Program-made: the position numbers and the translations under genes
Part shown: piece by piece, positions 37,531 through 46,753 of the stretch
Layout of the letters: every line of letters begins with the position of its first letter
How positions within the stretch are numbered: position 1 is the first letter of the stretch
NCBI GenBank assembly: GCA_016182875.1
Contig: JACPFQ010000002.1
Coordinates: 1 to 52,435, forward strand
DNA length: 52,435 nucleotides
Reading direction: 5' to 3'
Origin: Candidatus Doudnabacteria bacterium
GTDB lineage: Bacteria > Patescibacteriota > Doudnabacteria > UBA920 > O2-02-FULL-48-8
Notes under the pieces: model-generated
Seen by the model: only the letters and a program-made list of their open reading frames with translations
Told to the model about the DNA's origin: nothing
The model's database searches: none

Positions 37531-37752
37531 ATCTAAAATTTATACCGCTGATTTATCAGCTTCTGTCCCCAATACTGCAATACGTTCCCGTATTGCAGTA
37601 TGCCTATACTTATACCTATACGCATATTTTGTAATCGCAAAATTTACGCAAATAAAAAAACTTGGATGATCTTCGGATGGCTGTCCTGCCGATGTTCCCG
37701 ATTTTATCGGGAGCGAAGGCAGAACAGCCCCAAGAAACAATCCAAGCGCTCA

Positions 37753-38295
37753 TCAGAGACGGAGGAGACGGAGCCGGTGGAAAACATCCCACGGCAACTG
37801 GTCGTCGGGAACTTCATCAATGGGCATGAAGCTCCAGGAGCCGCCGACACGCCTGTGAATGCCTCGCTGGTCGTCGTGATCGACGTGGAGGAACTCGCAC
37901 ACGTTGCGGTCATCCTCGTAGCGGAACCAGACATGGCGGCGCGCTGAGGTCGGCGTAGACAGAAACTGCCAACGTGGCTGTTCGGCCAATTGTGTGAACC
38001 GAAACCGTATTCCCCGCGGAAGCTCGGAAACCTTGAGCCGGTCGTCCGAGCCGAATATGAGCAGGTTTCTCCCCCACGGGTCGGGCTCACGTACACCCGC
38101 TGCCGGCGGATATGCTCTTCGAAACCCGAGCTCGCCGAGAATTCTGTCCATTTCTTTCTTGCTCGCGCACATGTGCGTGAACTCGATGTCATCGCCGGGC
38201 TTGAGCTCGATCTCTACGCCGGTTTCCGGGTCGATGACGGCAGGGTCTCCCGCGTACCGAACCATGTACTCTCTGCCTCTTTGCGGACGATTCAT
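37753..38295 (-). CDS. Orphan hypothetical protein
   Basis: 180 aa, SD AGGAGGAGG, GC-richer than flanks. Confidence 0.7.
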   Translation of the reverse strand: MNRPQRGREYMVRYAGDPAVIDPETGVEIELKPGDDIEFTHMCASKKEMDRILGELGFRRAYPPAAGVREPDPWGRNLLIFGSDDRLKVSELPRGIRFRFTQLAEQPRWQFLSTPTSARRHVWFRYEDDRNVCEFLHVDHDDQRGIHRRVGGSWSFMPIDEVPDDQLPWDVFHRLRLLRL

Positions 38296-38565
38296 GACAG
38301 CCTCCTCCTTTCGGCTTTTCAGAGTTCAATATCATAGCACTACTCAGTTGCCCGGTCAACAGCTAGTGGGAGCTAATGACTATTCCCATTTTTGTACATC
38401 TGAGGGGTTAAGTTAGTCTACAAAGGTTGGGAATTCCCAGGTTTCGTAGACAAGTTTCTCACTCGACATAAATTTAGCGATCGCTATTTTTATGTCACTC
38501 GGACTATTCGCCTACTCGTGGTGAGCTTGCCAAACGAAGATATAATCTGAAATAATTATACTGAT

Positions 38566-38772
38566 ATGAAAACACGCTCAGAGCAACCTCGGTTTGATTT
38601 CGAAGAAGAGAAGCCAAAGAGGCAGAATTTAAACTTGTCGCAGGAATACCGCAAAGCAATAGAAAGCGGACAGGGCTGGTGTTCACATTGCCAAGAGCCG
38701 CTTGGTCAGGGCGATAGTGACTGTTTTATGTGCAATCGACAACGGACGAAACAAGAGAAATCAAAAGGCTGA
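38566..38772 (+). CDS. Small zinc-ribbon-like protein
   Basis: CSHC...CFMC; TATAAT upstream. Confidence 0.55.
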   Translation: MKTRSEQPRFDFEEEKPKRQNLNLSQEYRKAIESGQGWCSHCQEPLGQGDSDCFMCNRQRTKQEKSKG

Positions 38773-38792
38773 AGTCTAAAATTTCTGCTTGG

Positions 38793-38935
38793 ACCGTACC
38801 TCCCCGCTTTGCCTAAATCTAAAGTTCCCCTCCTATCCTAGGAGGGGAAAAACTGCGGCTTATCGCTTGAGGCAAGGCCTTAGGGTTCCTCCCCTGAAAG
38901 AAACCCCCTACCTCACTGGCCGCCGGGGGCTGGAG
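38793..38935 (+). repeat. Repeat family D, copy 2
   Basis: Shares modules with 17762-17872. Confidence 0.85.
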
Positions 38936-38991
38936 GCTAGGAAGGGTAAATTCAAGATATAAACAAAAAACCCGGCAGGCCCGGGTGTTTT

Positions 38992-39888
38992 TTAAGCTCG
39001 GCTGCGGCTCCAATTATGCCAGACTAAGAGCAGCGGCGAGGCGATGAAAATCGAAGAATAAGTACCGGCCGTGATTCCAATCAATAAAGCCAAAACAAAA
39101 TAGCGGATCGTTTCGCCGCCGAAAAGTATAAGCGCCAAAAGCACGAATATGACAGTCATGGAAGTATTGATCGAGCGGACCAGAGTCTGGTTGATGCTGT
39201 TGTTGATGATTTCGGACAATTCCAAGCCGGCGCTTATTCGCAAGTTCTCGCGAATCCGGTCAAAGACAACTATCGTGTCGTGCACCGAGAAGCCCAAGAC
39301 CGTAAGCAGGGCCGTGACAAACAAGCTGTCAATTTCAATGTTATAAAAATGCCCAAGCAAGGCAAAGACGCCGACAACGATAAGCAAGTCATGAATCAAG
39401 GCGACAATAGCGGCCACACCGAATTTCCAACTTGAGACTGGCTTGGAAACTTTTCTGAAAGCATAGGCAATATAGAGAATAATGCCGAGCGAAACCAAAA
39501 TTAGCTGGACGACAGCCTTGGAGCGCAGTTCTTTGCCGATCACCGGGCCAATGGACGTAAACTGCTCTTCCTGAATTCCCTGATATTTATCAATCAGCGC
39601 GTTAAGCAGCTGGTCGTGTTCTTCTTTTTCTTGCGGACCGGTTCGTATAATCACTGACTGCTCCCCCGCCGGCTGGACGACGGCATCATGGAAGCCAGCC
39701 TCAATCAACACCGCTCTCACTTCCGATGCCGCAGGCACGGTGTCGGGAAATCTAACTTGGGTCAAAGTCCCGCCTCTAAAATCAATGCCGAAATTAAGAC
39801 CGTAAACAATCAGCGCGATAATCCCAATGAGGGCAAATACCCCTGAAACCCCAAACCAGAATTTATAATGTTTGATAATATTAAGCAT
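38992..39888 (-). CDS. secF: Protein translocase subunit SecF
   Basis: GIDFRGG, IGPVIGKEL, HD, GFSVHDTIVVFDRIRE, RSINTS, GTYSSIFIA. Confidence 0.97.
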   Translation of the reverse strand: MLNIIKHYKFWFGVSGVFALIGIIALIVYGLNFGIDFRGGTLTQVRFPDTVPAASEVRAVLIEAGFHDAVVQPAGEQSVIIRTGPQEKEEHDQLLNALIDKYQGIQEEQFTSIGPVIGKELRSKAVVQLILVSLGIILYIAYAFRKVSKPVSSWKFGVAAIVALIHDLLIVVGVFALLGHFYNIEIDSLFVTALLTVLGFSVHDTIVVFDRIRENLRISAGLELSEIINNSINQTLVRSINTSMTVIFVLLALILFGGETIRYFVLALLIGITAGTYSSIFIASPLLLVWHNWSRSRA

Positions 39889-41233
39889 GCTTTGCTTCCT
39901 CCGACATTCTCGGTACGCCATAGAGCCAGTGATGAACCAAAATATTATGGCCCACTAAGAGCCTCAAAAACGTTCTGGTAACCGTGATGGCCGTAAACAT
40001 TGAAATAAGAATGCCGATGCTCAAAGTGATGGCAAACCCGCGGATGATGCTCGTGCCAAAGTATGCCAGGATGAAAGTCGTAATCAAACTCGAAAAGTTG
40101 GAATCCCGCACCGAAAGCCAGGCGCGCTTAAAGCCCTCTTCTACAGCCTGCTCTAGTGTCCGGCCTCTTCTCAGTTCCTCTTTCATGCGCTCAAAAATCA
40201 AAATATTCGCGTCCACTGCCATGCCGATAGACAAAATAAATCCGGCGATGCCCGCCAAGGTCAGGGTAATACCCATGAGCTTGAACATAGCCAAGCTTAT
40301 GAGAGCGTAAACCGTCAAAGCAATAACAGCCAAAAGTCCAGGCAGGCGGTAGTAAATAATCATAAACAGCGCGATTACGGCAAATCCAATGAGCCCGGCC
40401 GCAACACTTTTTCTAACTGAGCTTAGACCCAAAGTTGCGCCGACGTTTTGCTGCTCGATGAGCTTGATGGGTACGGGCAGGGCTCCGGAATTAAGCCGGG
40501 TCACTAATTCCTTGGCCTGCTGGACGCTGAACTGGCCAGTGATTATAGCCCGCCCATTGTTTATCGGCTCGTTGACGACTGGTGCTGACAAGAGCTGGCC
40601 GTCCAGGAATATTCCCACCCTTTTGTTGATGTTTCTGGTGGTAATGTCGGAAAACTTTTTGGTGCCTTCGGCATCGAATTGCAAGGCGATGGTGGGAGCG
40701 CCGGTGCGCTGGTCAAACTCAAGGCTCGCCCGTTCCAGCTCTTTGCCGGTAAGTCCGGTGTGAATGAAGATCTGATTCTCATCTATGATTATTTCGCCTT
40801 TTTCATTGGGAGTTACTTCAGGAGGATTGGGATTCTCTTCCTTGAATTCCAAAAACGGCGTTTGGCCAATCAGTTTAATGGCTTCGTTGATATCCTTAAC
40901 GCCCGGCAGTTCCACAATGATTCGATTGCTGCCGGAGACCTGCACTACTGGTTCGGAGACTCCAAAAGCGTTGACGCGCCGCTCAATCACGTCGCGGGCC
41001 GAATTCATGGCGTCGGAGCGGGCGCCTTGCTCAATATCCTTAAGGTCTCCTTCGTAAACCAAATGCGTGCCGCCCTGCAAGTCCAATCCCAGGTTCAGCT
41101 TGAACTGTTTTTCGAAATTAATTTTGAGCGGCTTAAGACTGACTTTGCCGCCCTTGGGCCAGACAATATAAAAGCTTGCTGCGGCAAGCAATAAAATGAA
41201 TATAAATTTAATGTATAATCCTTTGCGCCTCAT
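39881..41233 (-). CDS. secD: Protein translocase subunit SecD
   Basis: LGLDLQGG, RRVNAFGVSEP, GALP, GMAVDANILIFER. Confidence 0.97.
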   Translation of the reverse strand: MRRKGLYIKFIFILLLAAASFYIVWPKGGKVSLKPLKINFEKQFKLNLGLDLQGGTHLVYEGDLKDIEQGARSDAMNSARDVIERRVNAFGVSEPVVQVSGSNRIIVELPGVKDINEAIKLIGQTPFLEFKEENPNPPEVTPNEKGEIIIDENQIFIHTGLTGKELERASLEFDQRTGAPTIALQFDAEGTKKFSDITTRNINKRVGIFLDGQLLSAPVVNEPINNGRAIITGQFSVQQAKELVTRLNSGALPVPIKLIEQQNVGATLGLSSVRKSVAAGLIGFAVIALFMIIYYRLPGLLAVIALTVYALISLAMFKLMGITLTLAGIAGFILSIGMAVDANILIFERMKEELRRGRTLEQAVEEGFKRAWLSVRDSNFSSLITTFILAYFGTSIIRGFAITLSIGILISMFTAITVTRTFLRLLVGHNILVHHWLYGVPRMSEEAKHA

Positions 41234-41238
41234 GAGTC

Positions 41239-41309
41239 TGTAGCCTGCCGATTTACGTGTCCTGTCGAATGACAGGATTGGCTCTTGTAGCCAGCCGATT
41301 CATCGGCTA
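41239..41309 (+). repeat. Two GTAG-type REP-like hairpins in secD leader
   Basis: TGTAGCC(T/A)GCCGATT twice; matches 16160-16182. Confidence 0.75.
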
Positions 41310-41468
41310 TCCAGGACATAAAAAAGAGGTTCTTACCTCAGAGAAAATTATAGCAAAAATCTCAAAAATTGCAACAAAAGTAAGCCTGTTAACAATTTAG
41401 GCGATAGCAGAAATTGTTAACAAAAATAAACTTGGGCTGCACAATCGCTGCGCAGCCTTCCCACAGGA

Positions 41469-41849
41469 TCACCATTCGTAGCCGGTGGCACTCCCTGGCG
41501 GTCCCTCGTACTCCTTGCATTCAGTATCGTTCGACAGTTCAGCGTACGTTCCCTTCTTCCAGCACCACCAACAACGGTACTCCTCGTCTTTTCGAGGTTC
41601 GTCGCTGATTTTGAGCCAAACGATATGGGGTCCGATCTCTAACTTTTTCTCTTGCTCTGACATTGTTCGCTCCTTTCCTGCGACGCCCAGCATCAACTTG
41701 CCTGATCCGACGGCAATGGGTACCAGTTGCTTGCGCTCGACCATCTGGCGAACCACGTCAATCCGAGTGCCTGTGGCGCGACTATGCGCCTCGATCGCTG
41801 CGCTCAGTTCTGCTTCCGAGATATCGCTGAGAATTTTTACCCTTTCCAT
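41469..41849 (-). CDS. Orphan protein, possibly two fused ORFs
   Basis: SD GAGGAGG; second in-frame SD+ATG at 41663; CWWC motif. Confidence 0.6.
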   Translation of the reverse strand: MERVKILSDISEAELSAAIEAHSRATGTRIDVVRQMVERKQLVPIAVGSGKLMLGVAGKERTMSEQEKKLEIGPHIVWLKISDEPRKDEEYRCWWCWKKGTYAELSNDTECKEYEGPPGSATGYEW

Positions 41850-41858
41850 CGAGCCTCC

Positions 41859-42149
41859 TCAAACGACATCGTCGTAACCTTCCGGTTCCACGCCGTGCTT
41901 GCGGCAGAGTCCGCGAAACTCTTCGCCCATCCACGCGGCATCGAGGTTCGGATTAGGACGCTGCGGGTAAGGCCCGTCCTGTCTTCTGGTCGGCATGTCC
42001 TTGCTGTGCGAGAAGTGAATGGAGCCGCCTTTCCGTTTGCTCCAGTCACAGCCAGTCCGGACGGAAATTTCCAATTTCGCGTCTGGTGAAGTTTCGTAGA
42101 TTTCTTTCACTAGCGCGAACAGCTGATCCAGAGTGATTTGGCTGTACAT
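41859..42149 (-). CDS. Orphan hypothetical protein (96 aa)
   Basis: GGAG-type SD ahead of ATG 42149. Confidence 0.6.
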   Translation of the reverse strand: MYSQITLDQLFALVKEIYETSPDAKLEISVRTGCDWSKRKGGSIHFSHSKDMPTRRQDGPYPQRPNPNLDAAWMGEEFRGLCRKHGVEPEGYDDVV

Positions 42150-42153
42150 GTTT

Positions 42154-42312
42154 TCACCACTCCGTTCGTTGACTGTGGCAAAACGGACAGCTGTAGTAAG
42201 GGCAGCGAAATACTTCTCGAGGATGGTCCTTCGCATCCTTTAGCTGACGCTTCAGTTCCCTGACTTTCCTCCGCAGCTTTCTGGCATCTTCCCGCAGTCT
42301 CTTGAGTGTCAT
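42154..42312 (-). CDS. 52-aa basic coiled-coil protein with CPxxxCPxC (absent from ORF track)
   Basis: SD AAGGAG; MTLKRLREDARKLRRKVRELKRQLKDAKDHPREVFRCPYYSCPFCHSQRTEW. Confidence 0.55.
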   Translation of the reverse strand: MTLKRLREDARKLRRKVRELKRQLKDAKDHPREVFRCPYYSCPFCHSQRTEW

Positions 42313-42375
42313 TTACATCTCCTTGCGAAAGGGGGCGGGAGTGGGTCAGGCTCCCCGGATTTAACGACCCCTGTT

Positions 42376-42927
42376 CTACCAACAGCCTGATACCATTCGA
42401 ACCATTGAAGGATCGGCCGCGTCGCGGACGTAGTCTACTACATCGAATCCGTCGCCTTGCCGGATGCGCGGGTGCACGAATCCAACCACGAACAGTTCCT
42501 TGCCAGGATCAGCGTAGAACGCGTGGATCTCGCAGGACTCAACATCGAACACTTCACCGGCGACATGCGGCTCTTCATGCATCGGTGTTGCTTCCAGAAC
42601 CCCGACCGGCTGAAGTCCGAGCTCAACTCCGCCGTCAGGCTCTGGAAAACCGTGCTTGAGTCCCAGCACCAAGAAGGTGCTGTGGCCGCGCAAGTGCGCG
42701 TGGACGTCGGTTCTTCCCCTTGCCCGCATGAGGACAAGCTCGCAGTCCTCAGGTGGAAGGCCGCGCGGCTCGACGATCCGCCGCACGGCCTCCAGCGGGA
42801 ACCAACCGATGCGGAAGCCAAGCAGGTCCTGGATATCGACGAGACCTGAAAACGGATCCGGGCTCGGTGTGATCGAAGCGGCGACTTCGTTCACAATCGA
42901 TGAACGAATTGCCTGATTCAAAACCAT
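42376..42927 (-). CDS. Putative cupin-fold protein
   Basis: DVHAH....TFLVL and GEVFDV....IHAF resemble cupin motifs 1 and 2; SD GGAGGAG. Confidence 0.6.
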   Translation of the reverse strand: MVLNQAIRSSIVNEVAASITPSPDPFSGLVDIQDLLGFRIGWFPLEAVRRIVEPRGLPPEDCELVLMRARGRTDVHAHLRGHSTFLVLGLKHGFPEPDGGVELGLQPVGVLEATPMHEEPHVAGEVFDVESCEIHAFYADPGKELFVVGFVHPRIRQGDGFDVVDYVRDAADPSMVRMVSGCW

Positions 42928-43023
42928 GGAACTCCTCCAATTCATAAAGCTGCAGCCAGCACGCTACAGCGGTTGTTTAGGGTTTTTGTGCTGGCCACCC
43001 GGGGCTAAGCTTCTCCCCGGGCG

Positions 43024-43063
43024 AACAAAACAAAAACACCTTCGGCAAAAGTCCGAAGGTGTT
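43024..43063 (-). terminator. Intrinsic terminator within leader (attenuator)
   Basis: AACACCTTCGG-acttttg-CCGAAGGTGTT followed by TTTGTTTT. Confidence 0.85.
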
Positions 43064-43079
43064 GGAATTAAAAGTTAAA

Positions 43080-43166
43080 TTACACCAGGTCTAAACGGAC
43101 TTTGCCAGAAAGCAAAGCCCAGTTCCAAGCGGCTGAAATTTCTTTATTGATTACGATATATATCAT
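43080..43166 (-). CDS. Putative leader peptide (28 aa)
   Basis: MIYIVINKEISAAWNWALLSGKVRLDLV, overlapping alternative stems. Confidence 0.55.
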   Translation of the reverse strand: MIYIVINKEISAAWNWALLSGKVRLDLV

Positions 43167-43174
43167 AACTTAAT

Positions 43175-43206
43175 ATTATAATATCTCATCAAAGCGCGAT
43201 TGTCAA
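43175..43206 (-). promoter_or_regulatory. Promoter of the leader/cupin operon
   Basis: TTGACA-17-TATTAT, with TATAAT 3 nt further. Confidence 0.75.
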
Positions 43207-44354
43207 TAAACCACGCGCGAGCGGCAGTCAGCTCGGAACGGCTCCGGGATTTTGGCGCAGGTGGCCAGGAATGTTTCGCCTTTCTGAAGCAGAGCCAGGT
43301 CCACAAAAATACCGTTGTAGCAATACTGCTGGTAATCAGCGTCAATGAACTTGCAGAATCTTATTGCCGAGTCAAACTCCCCTTTTTCATTGATGTAATC
43401 CCTGACTGCGCCAAAATAGCAATTGTTTCTAGCATCCTCGCTGCCCCCGTACAAGCACAGCCGTTTGCTTTCCTGGTCATTACGCAAGGTGGAGCCGGCG
43501 ACATCCCGCCCCATGCTCTGGTAGCAAAGATGCCGAAAGTCCGCCTCAGCCTTGTCGCACCACTTGAAGCCCTGCTCAAAATTCCAGCCGTTGAGCTTGA
43601 GAATCATGGAGCTTGAGAGGAAATAGCAACTACTTTTGTACTGCCGTTCTACGATATCGCAAGGGTAAAGCGGGTTCTCCGGCTTGGTGTATTTGGATTT
43701 ATGGCCGGTTTTTTCTTCGGTAGTGATGTTTTCCATGAATGCGCCGGTATAGCAAATTTCGCGGGCCGCGTATTCGGGGTCCAGAATGTCGCAGTCTTTG
43801 ACCGACTGCGGCACTTCGTCATCCCGGAACTGCATAATTCCATGCCCTAGGCCATGCGTGCACTGAAACCAGTTGAAATAATTCTCCTTGGGACTGCCGC
43901 AAACCTTCGCCACTCCTTCTTCATAGCTCGGAGCCGTGGCCAAATATTCTTCCAGCAAGCCGTGATAATAACCGGAATGACAGACCGGCAAGTACTCGGG
44001 TGAGGCCTTGGGGACGCTTCCGTAAACATGCAGAGCAATGTTGCCGACAATGTGCGAAAGCGGATGACAATTGCTTTTGGCATAACCCCCTAAATTTTGA
44101 AGGTCATCCAGAAGAATGAGCGTTTTCTTGCCCCCGTTTTGCTTCATGTAAACTTCAAACGCAGCTTTGTAGCAACCGGTCTTTTCTTTTGGCTGGGGCT
44201 TAGCTTCGCAGTCGGAATGAATGACGGCGGCTGAAGCGACGTTGGGAGCAAGAGCAGTGCTGCCTGGTTCAGTACTTCGGCTATTCCAAAGTAAAAAACC
44301 AAGCGCCGCGATTCCCACGAAGGCAATAATTTTTTTTATCATCGAGTTATTCAT
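43203..44354 (-). CDS. Exported Cys/His-rich helical repeat protein
   Basis: N-terminal TM; CHPLSHIVG, CHSGYYHG, CTHGLGHG, CYTGAFME and repeated C-Y..G units; start may be 44342. Confidence 0.8.
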   Translation of the reverse strand: MNNSMIKKIIAFVGIAALGFLLWNSRSTEPGSTALAPNVASAAVIHSDCEAKPQPKEKTGCYKAAFEVYMKQNGGKKTLILLDDLQNLGGYAKSNCHPLSHIVGNIALHVYGSVPKASPEYLPVCHSGYYHGLLEEYLATAPSYEEGVAKVCGSPKENYFNWFQCTHGLGHGIMQFRDDEVPQSVKDCDILDPEYAAREICYTGAFMENITTEEKTGHKSKYTKPENPLYPCDIVERQYKSSCYFLSSSMILKLNGWNFEQGFKWCDKAEADFRHLCYQSMGRDVAGSTLRNDQESKRLCLYGGSEDARNNCYFGAVRDYINEKGEFDSAIRFCKFIDADYQQYCYNGIFVDLALLQKGETFLATCAKIPEPFRADCRSRVVY

Positions 44355-44369
44355 ACTTATTTTTAGCGA

Positions 44370-44465
44370 GGTACTTTGCAAAACTAGCTTGCGCAGCGCG
44401 ACGGCGCGAGCACGCAGGTCGCAAAATCAGCAGATTTTGACGACCGGTAGTTTTGCAAATGTACC
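44370..44465 (+). repeat. Structured repeat family A, copy 3
   Basis: Same junction sequences with shortened, covaried stems. Confidence 0.88.
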
Positions 44466-44473
44466 GAGCGACC

Positions 44474-45571
44474 TCACATGAAGTTGTGCGCCGGCCAGGT
44501 CAACAGCTCCAGAAACTTCTGCTTGAGCGGCCGCTTGACCCATTCAAACAGTTTGATTTCCTTGGCCATCTGTAAGTCAGACAAAAATTGCTGTTTTAAT
44601 CGAGCGTTGAATTCCAAGCTGCTGCTTATGATGTTCGCTTCATAGCAAAACCAGAAGCTCAAATTGTCGAGGTTGGCGCTGCCGACCGTGCCCCACCTGC
44701 CGTCGACGACGCCGGTTTTGGCATGAAGTAAACTGCCCTGGTATCTGAAAATCCGAATCCCCGCTGCAAGCGCCAATCCGAAGTAAGAAGCGGCTGCCAT
44801 ATCAAGCGACAAATGGTCAGAGGTCACGGGCACGAGCAGTCGCACATCCACTCCTCTTTTGGCAGCCTTTCGCAGTGATGAAAAAAACCGCAAGTCCGGC
44901 ACGAAGTAGGGTGTGGTCAGGTAAATATAATTTTTTGCATTCCTTACGGCTTGAATGAATGCATCACGCAAATATCGCTTGCGGTACTTAAACGACCGGA
45001 AGGTTCGCAAATAAGGCGAGCTTGCCAAAAATTTAAATTCTGAGAAGTTCGAATTAAGGTTCTGAATGACCGTGAACCGCCTCTTCCTGGCGATTTCCAG
45101 CATTCGCGCAAACACCCGTTCCATCTCATGGACTATCGGTCCGGTAACCCGAACATTTGTATCGCGCCAGGTGCTCATCGCACCGCTAATACCTAAGCCT
45201 CCAGTATGCCCAATTTTCCCATCGACTACGAGGATTTTTTTATGGTCGCGGAAAAACCAGGAAGTAAAGTTATGAAGCCGCCAGGGACTTATGGGATTGA
45301 AGAAGAAAACCTGGATCCCGGCTTCAGAGAGGGTCCGTGCGACATCGGAGCTGTAAAAGTCCCTGCTCCCGACCGTATCGAGAATCATCCGCACGCGCAC
45401 CCCGTCTTTGGCCTTTCTTAAGAACAAGTCAACAAATTTTTTCCCGATCTCGTCAAAATGAAAGATATACTGGTCCAAGTCAATCGAGCCTGCGGCATTT
45501 TGGCAGTCCGAAAACATCGCTTCCAGGGCAGACGGCGCGTCCGTATAAAATTGCCAAGTGGTTTCGCTCAT
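44474..45571 (-). CDS. Cardiolipin synthase-like phospholipase D (ClsB type, no N-terminal TMs)
   Basis: Two HKD motifs: HKKILVVD and HAKTGVVD. Confidence 0.92.
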   Translation of the reverse strand: MSETTWQFYTDAPSALEAMFSDCQNAAGSIDLDQYIFHFDEIGKKFVDLFLRKAKDGVRVRMILDTVGSRDFYSSDVARTLSEAGIQVFFFNPISPWRLHNFTSWFFRDHKKILVVDGKIGHTGGLGISGAMSTWRDTNVRVTGPIVHEMERVFARMLEIARKRRFTVIQNLNSNFSEFKFLASSPYLRTFRSFKYRKRYLRDAFIQAVRNAKNYIYLTTPYFVPDLRFFSSLRKAAKRGVDVRLLVPVTSDHLSLDMAAASYFGLALAAGIRIFRYQGSLLHAKTGVVDGRWGTVGSANLDNLSFWFCYEANIISSSLEFNARLKQQFLSDLQMAKEIKLFEWVKRPLKQKFLELLTWPAHNFM

Positions 45572-45576
45572 TTCTT

Positions 45577-46086
45577 TTACCTTTTCCCTTTTACCTTCAC
45601 TGAGACTTTCCGGGGCGCTTTATCCGCCGCCTGTCTCACTAGCTCGGAACTCGATTGAATCTTGCCGCCATGCCCGACATTGAAAATCATTTTTATGCCT
45701 AATTTTTTACAGGTCTGTATATCAGTGTAGAGCGAAGATTTTGGGTTGGCCGCATCCTTTTCATTTCTGTCGCCTCCGTTTGCGAAAATATCCGGTTTTA
45801 ATTCTCTCAATTCTTTCGAAACGCTCATATCTTTTGCGTTTGGCTGATGATTGGTGATCACAACATGGTCGACATACTTAATCGCTTTAATCACTTCCTT
45901 GCGCTCCCGCTCGTTCATAAACACGTAGCCCTTCTTCTTAAGAACCCAATTATCGTTGTTAAGAATCACCACCAATTCGTCACCCAATTTCTTGGCATCA
46001 TGAAAAAGCCGGATATGTCCGGGATGAAGCGGGTCAAATCCCCCGCTTACCGCCACCACTACCTTTTTTTCTTTTTGTTCGGTCAT
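45577..46086 (-). CDS. Cytidyltransferase-like nucleotidyltransferase (TagD/RfaE-II/RibL family)
   Basis: SGGFDPLHPGH, PDIFANGGDR, SSS; start ATG 46086. Confidence 0.88.
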   Translation of the reverse strand: MTEQKEKKVVVAVSGGFDPLHPGHIRLFHDAKKLGDELVVILNNDNWVLKKKGYVFMNERERKEVIKAIKYVDHVVITNHQPNAKDMSVSKELRELKPDIFANGGDRNEKDAANPKSSLYTDIQTCKKLGIKMIFNVGHGGKIQSSSELVRQAADKAPRKVSVKVKGKR

Positions 46087-46109
46087 GTGACTTATTTTAG
46101 CATGAAAGC

Positions 46110-46192
46110 GCGACGGGTGGCACGATTTGGGGACCCCAACAGCGCGCAACGAAGTGAGCACTGGCGGGGTAAATCGTGACAGGACCCGTCGC
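46110..46192. repeat. Long imperfect hairpin element
   Basis: GCGACGGGT/ACCCGTCGC, CACGATTT/AAATCGTG and ACCCC/GGGGT nested arms. Confidence 0.75.
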
Positions 46193-46753
46193 CTATGAGC
46201 TAAACTCCCAGTGCCACCACTCCGGAGGATACGCATGCCACCCGGCTGATAACATGACCTTTTTAAGCAGTCTGCGATTGGCCCAGGCCTGCTTCTGCCA
46301 CTGATTCAAATTGATAAACTCTTCGTAATAATCAAGCGCGGATTCAACAGTGAGGTTATCATGGTCAGTCCCCATATAGAGCTCGCGGCCCTTGCCGTCG
46401 ACAATGGTTAAATCCACTGCTCCGCCATTGCGGTGAGTATCCAGACGTTGAACTTTTTTGTAAGGCTTGGCGGCGTAGGTGTAAACCAAGCTATCAATTC
46501 TCTTGGCCGAAAGCCTGGGATACATCAGTTGAAAGCGCTTGCGGAAACTGCTGATTATTTCGAGCTGAGTTTTTCTGCTCCGCTTCATATCCCAAATTTT
46601 GAAATTATATCCTTTGGGCAAAAATTTTCTGGCCGCAACTAACGCCTTCACCGCCGACTCGCGGCCGCAAATCACTGGTGAATGATGCCACCCGAAGAAG
46701 TAATATCTCGGCTCGGTCGCAAAGCCATATTTCTTTACATCAAGAAATTTCAT
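46193..46753 (-). CDS. D-Ala-D-Ala dipeptidase (VanX/DdpX, M15D)
   Basis: THRNGGAVDLT, NRRLL...M, EWWH. Confidence 0.88.
   Translation of the reverse strand: MKFLDVKKYGFATEPRYYFFGWHHSPVICGRESAVKALVAARKFLPKGYNFKIWDMKRSRKTQLEIISSFRKRFQLMYPRLSAKRIDSLVYTYAAKPYKKVQRLDTHRNGGAVDLTIVDGKGRELYMGTDHDNLTVESALDYYEEFINLNQWQKQAWANRRLLKKVMLSAGWHAYPPEWWHWEFSS

Noticed and set aside
38875-38995. Guanidine-I (ykkC) riboswitch suggested by TAGGGTTCC
   Set aside because: Other conserved elements are missing, it lies between convergent gene ends, and repeat family D explains it
41469-42927. Prophage
   Set aside because: No integrase, structural, terminase or replication genes recognised
11827-44465. Repeats as a CRISPR array
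   Set aside because: Copies are dispersed, with no regular repeat-spacer spacing and no cas genes
46193-46753. Vancomycin resistance cluster
   Set aside because: No vanA, vanH or vanRS nearby; a stand-alone dipeptidase
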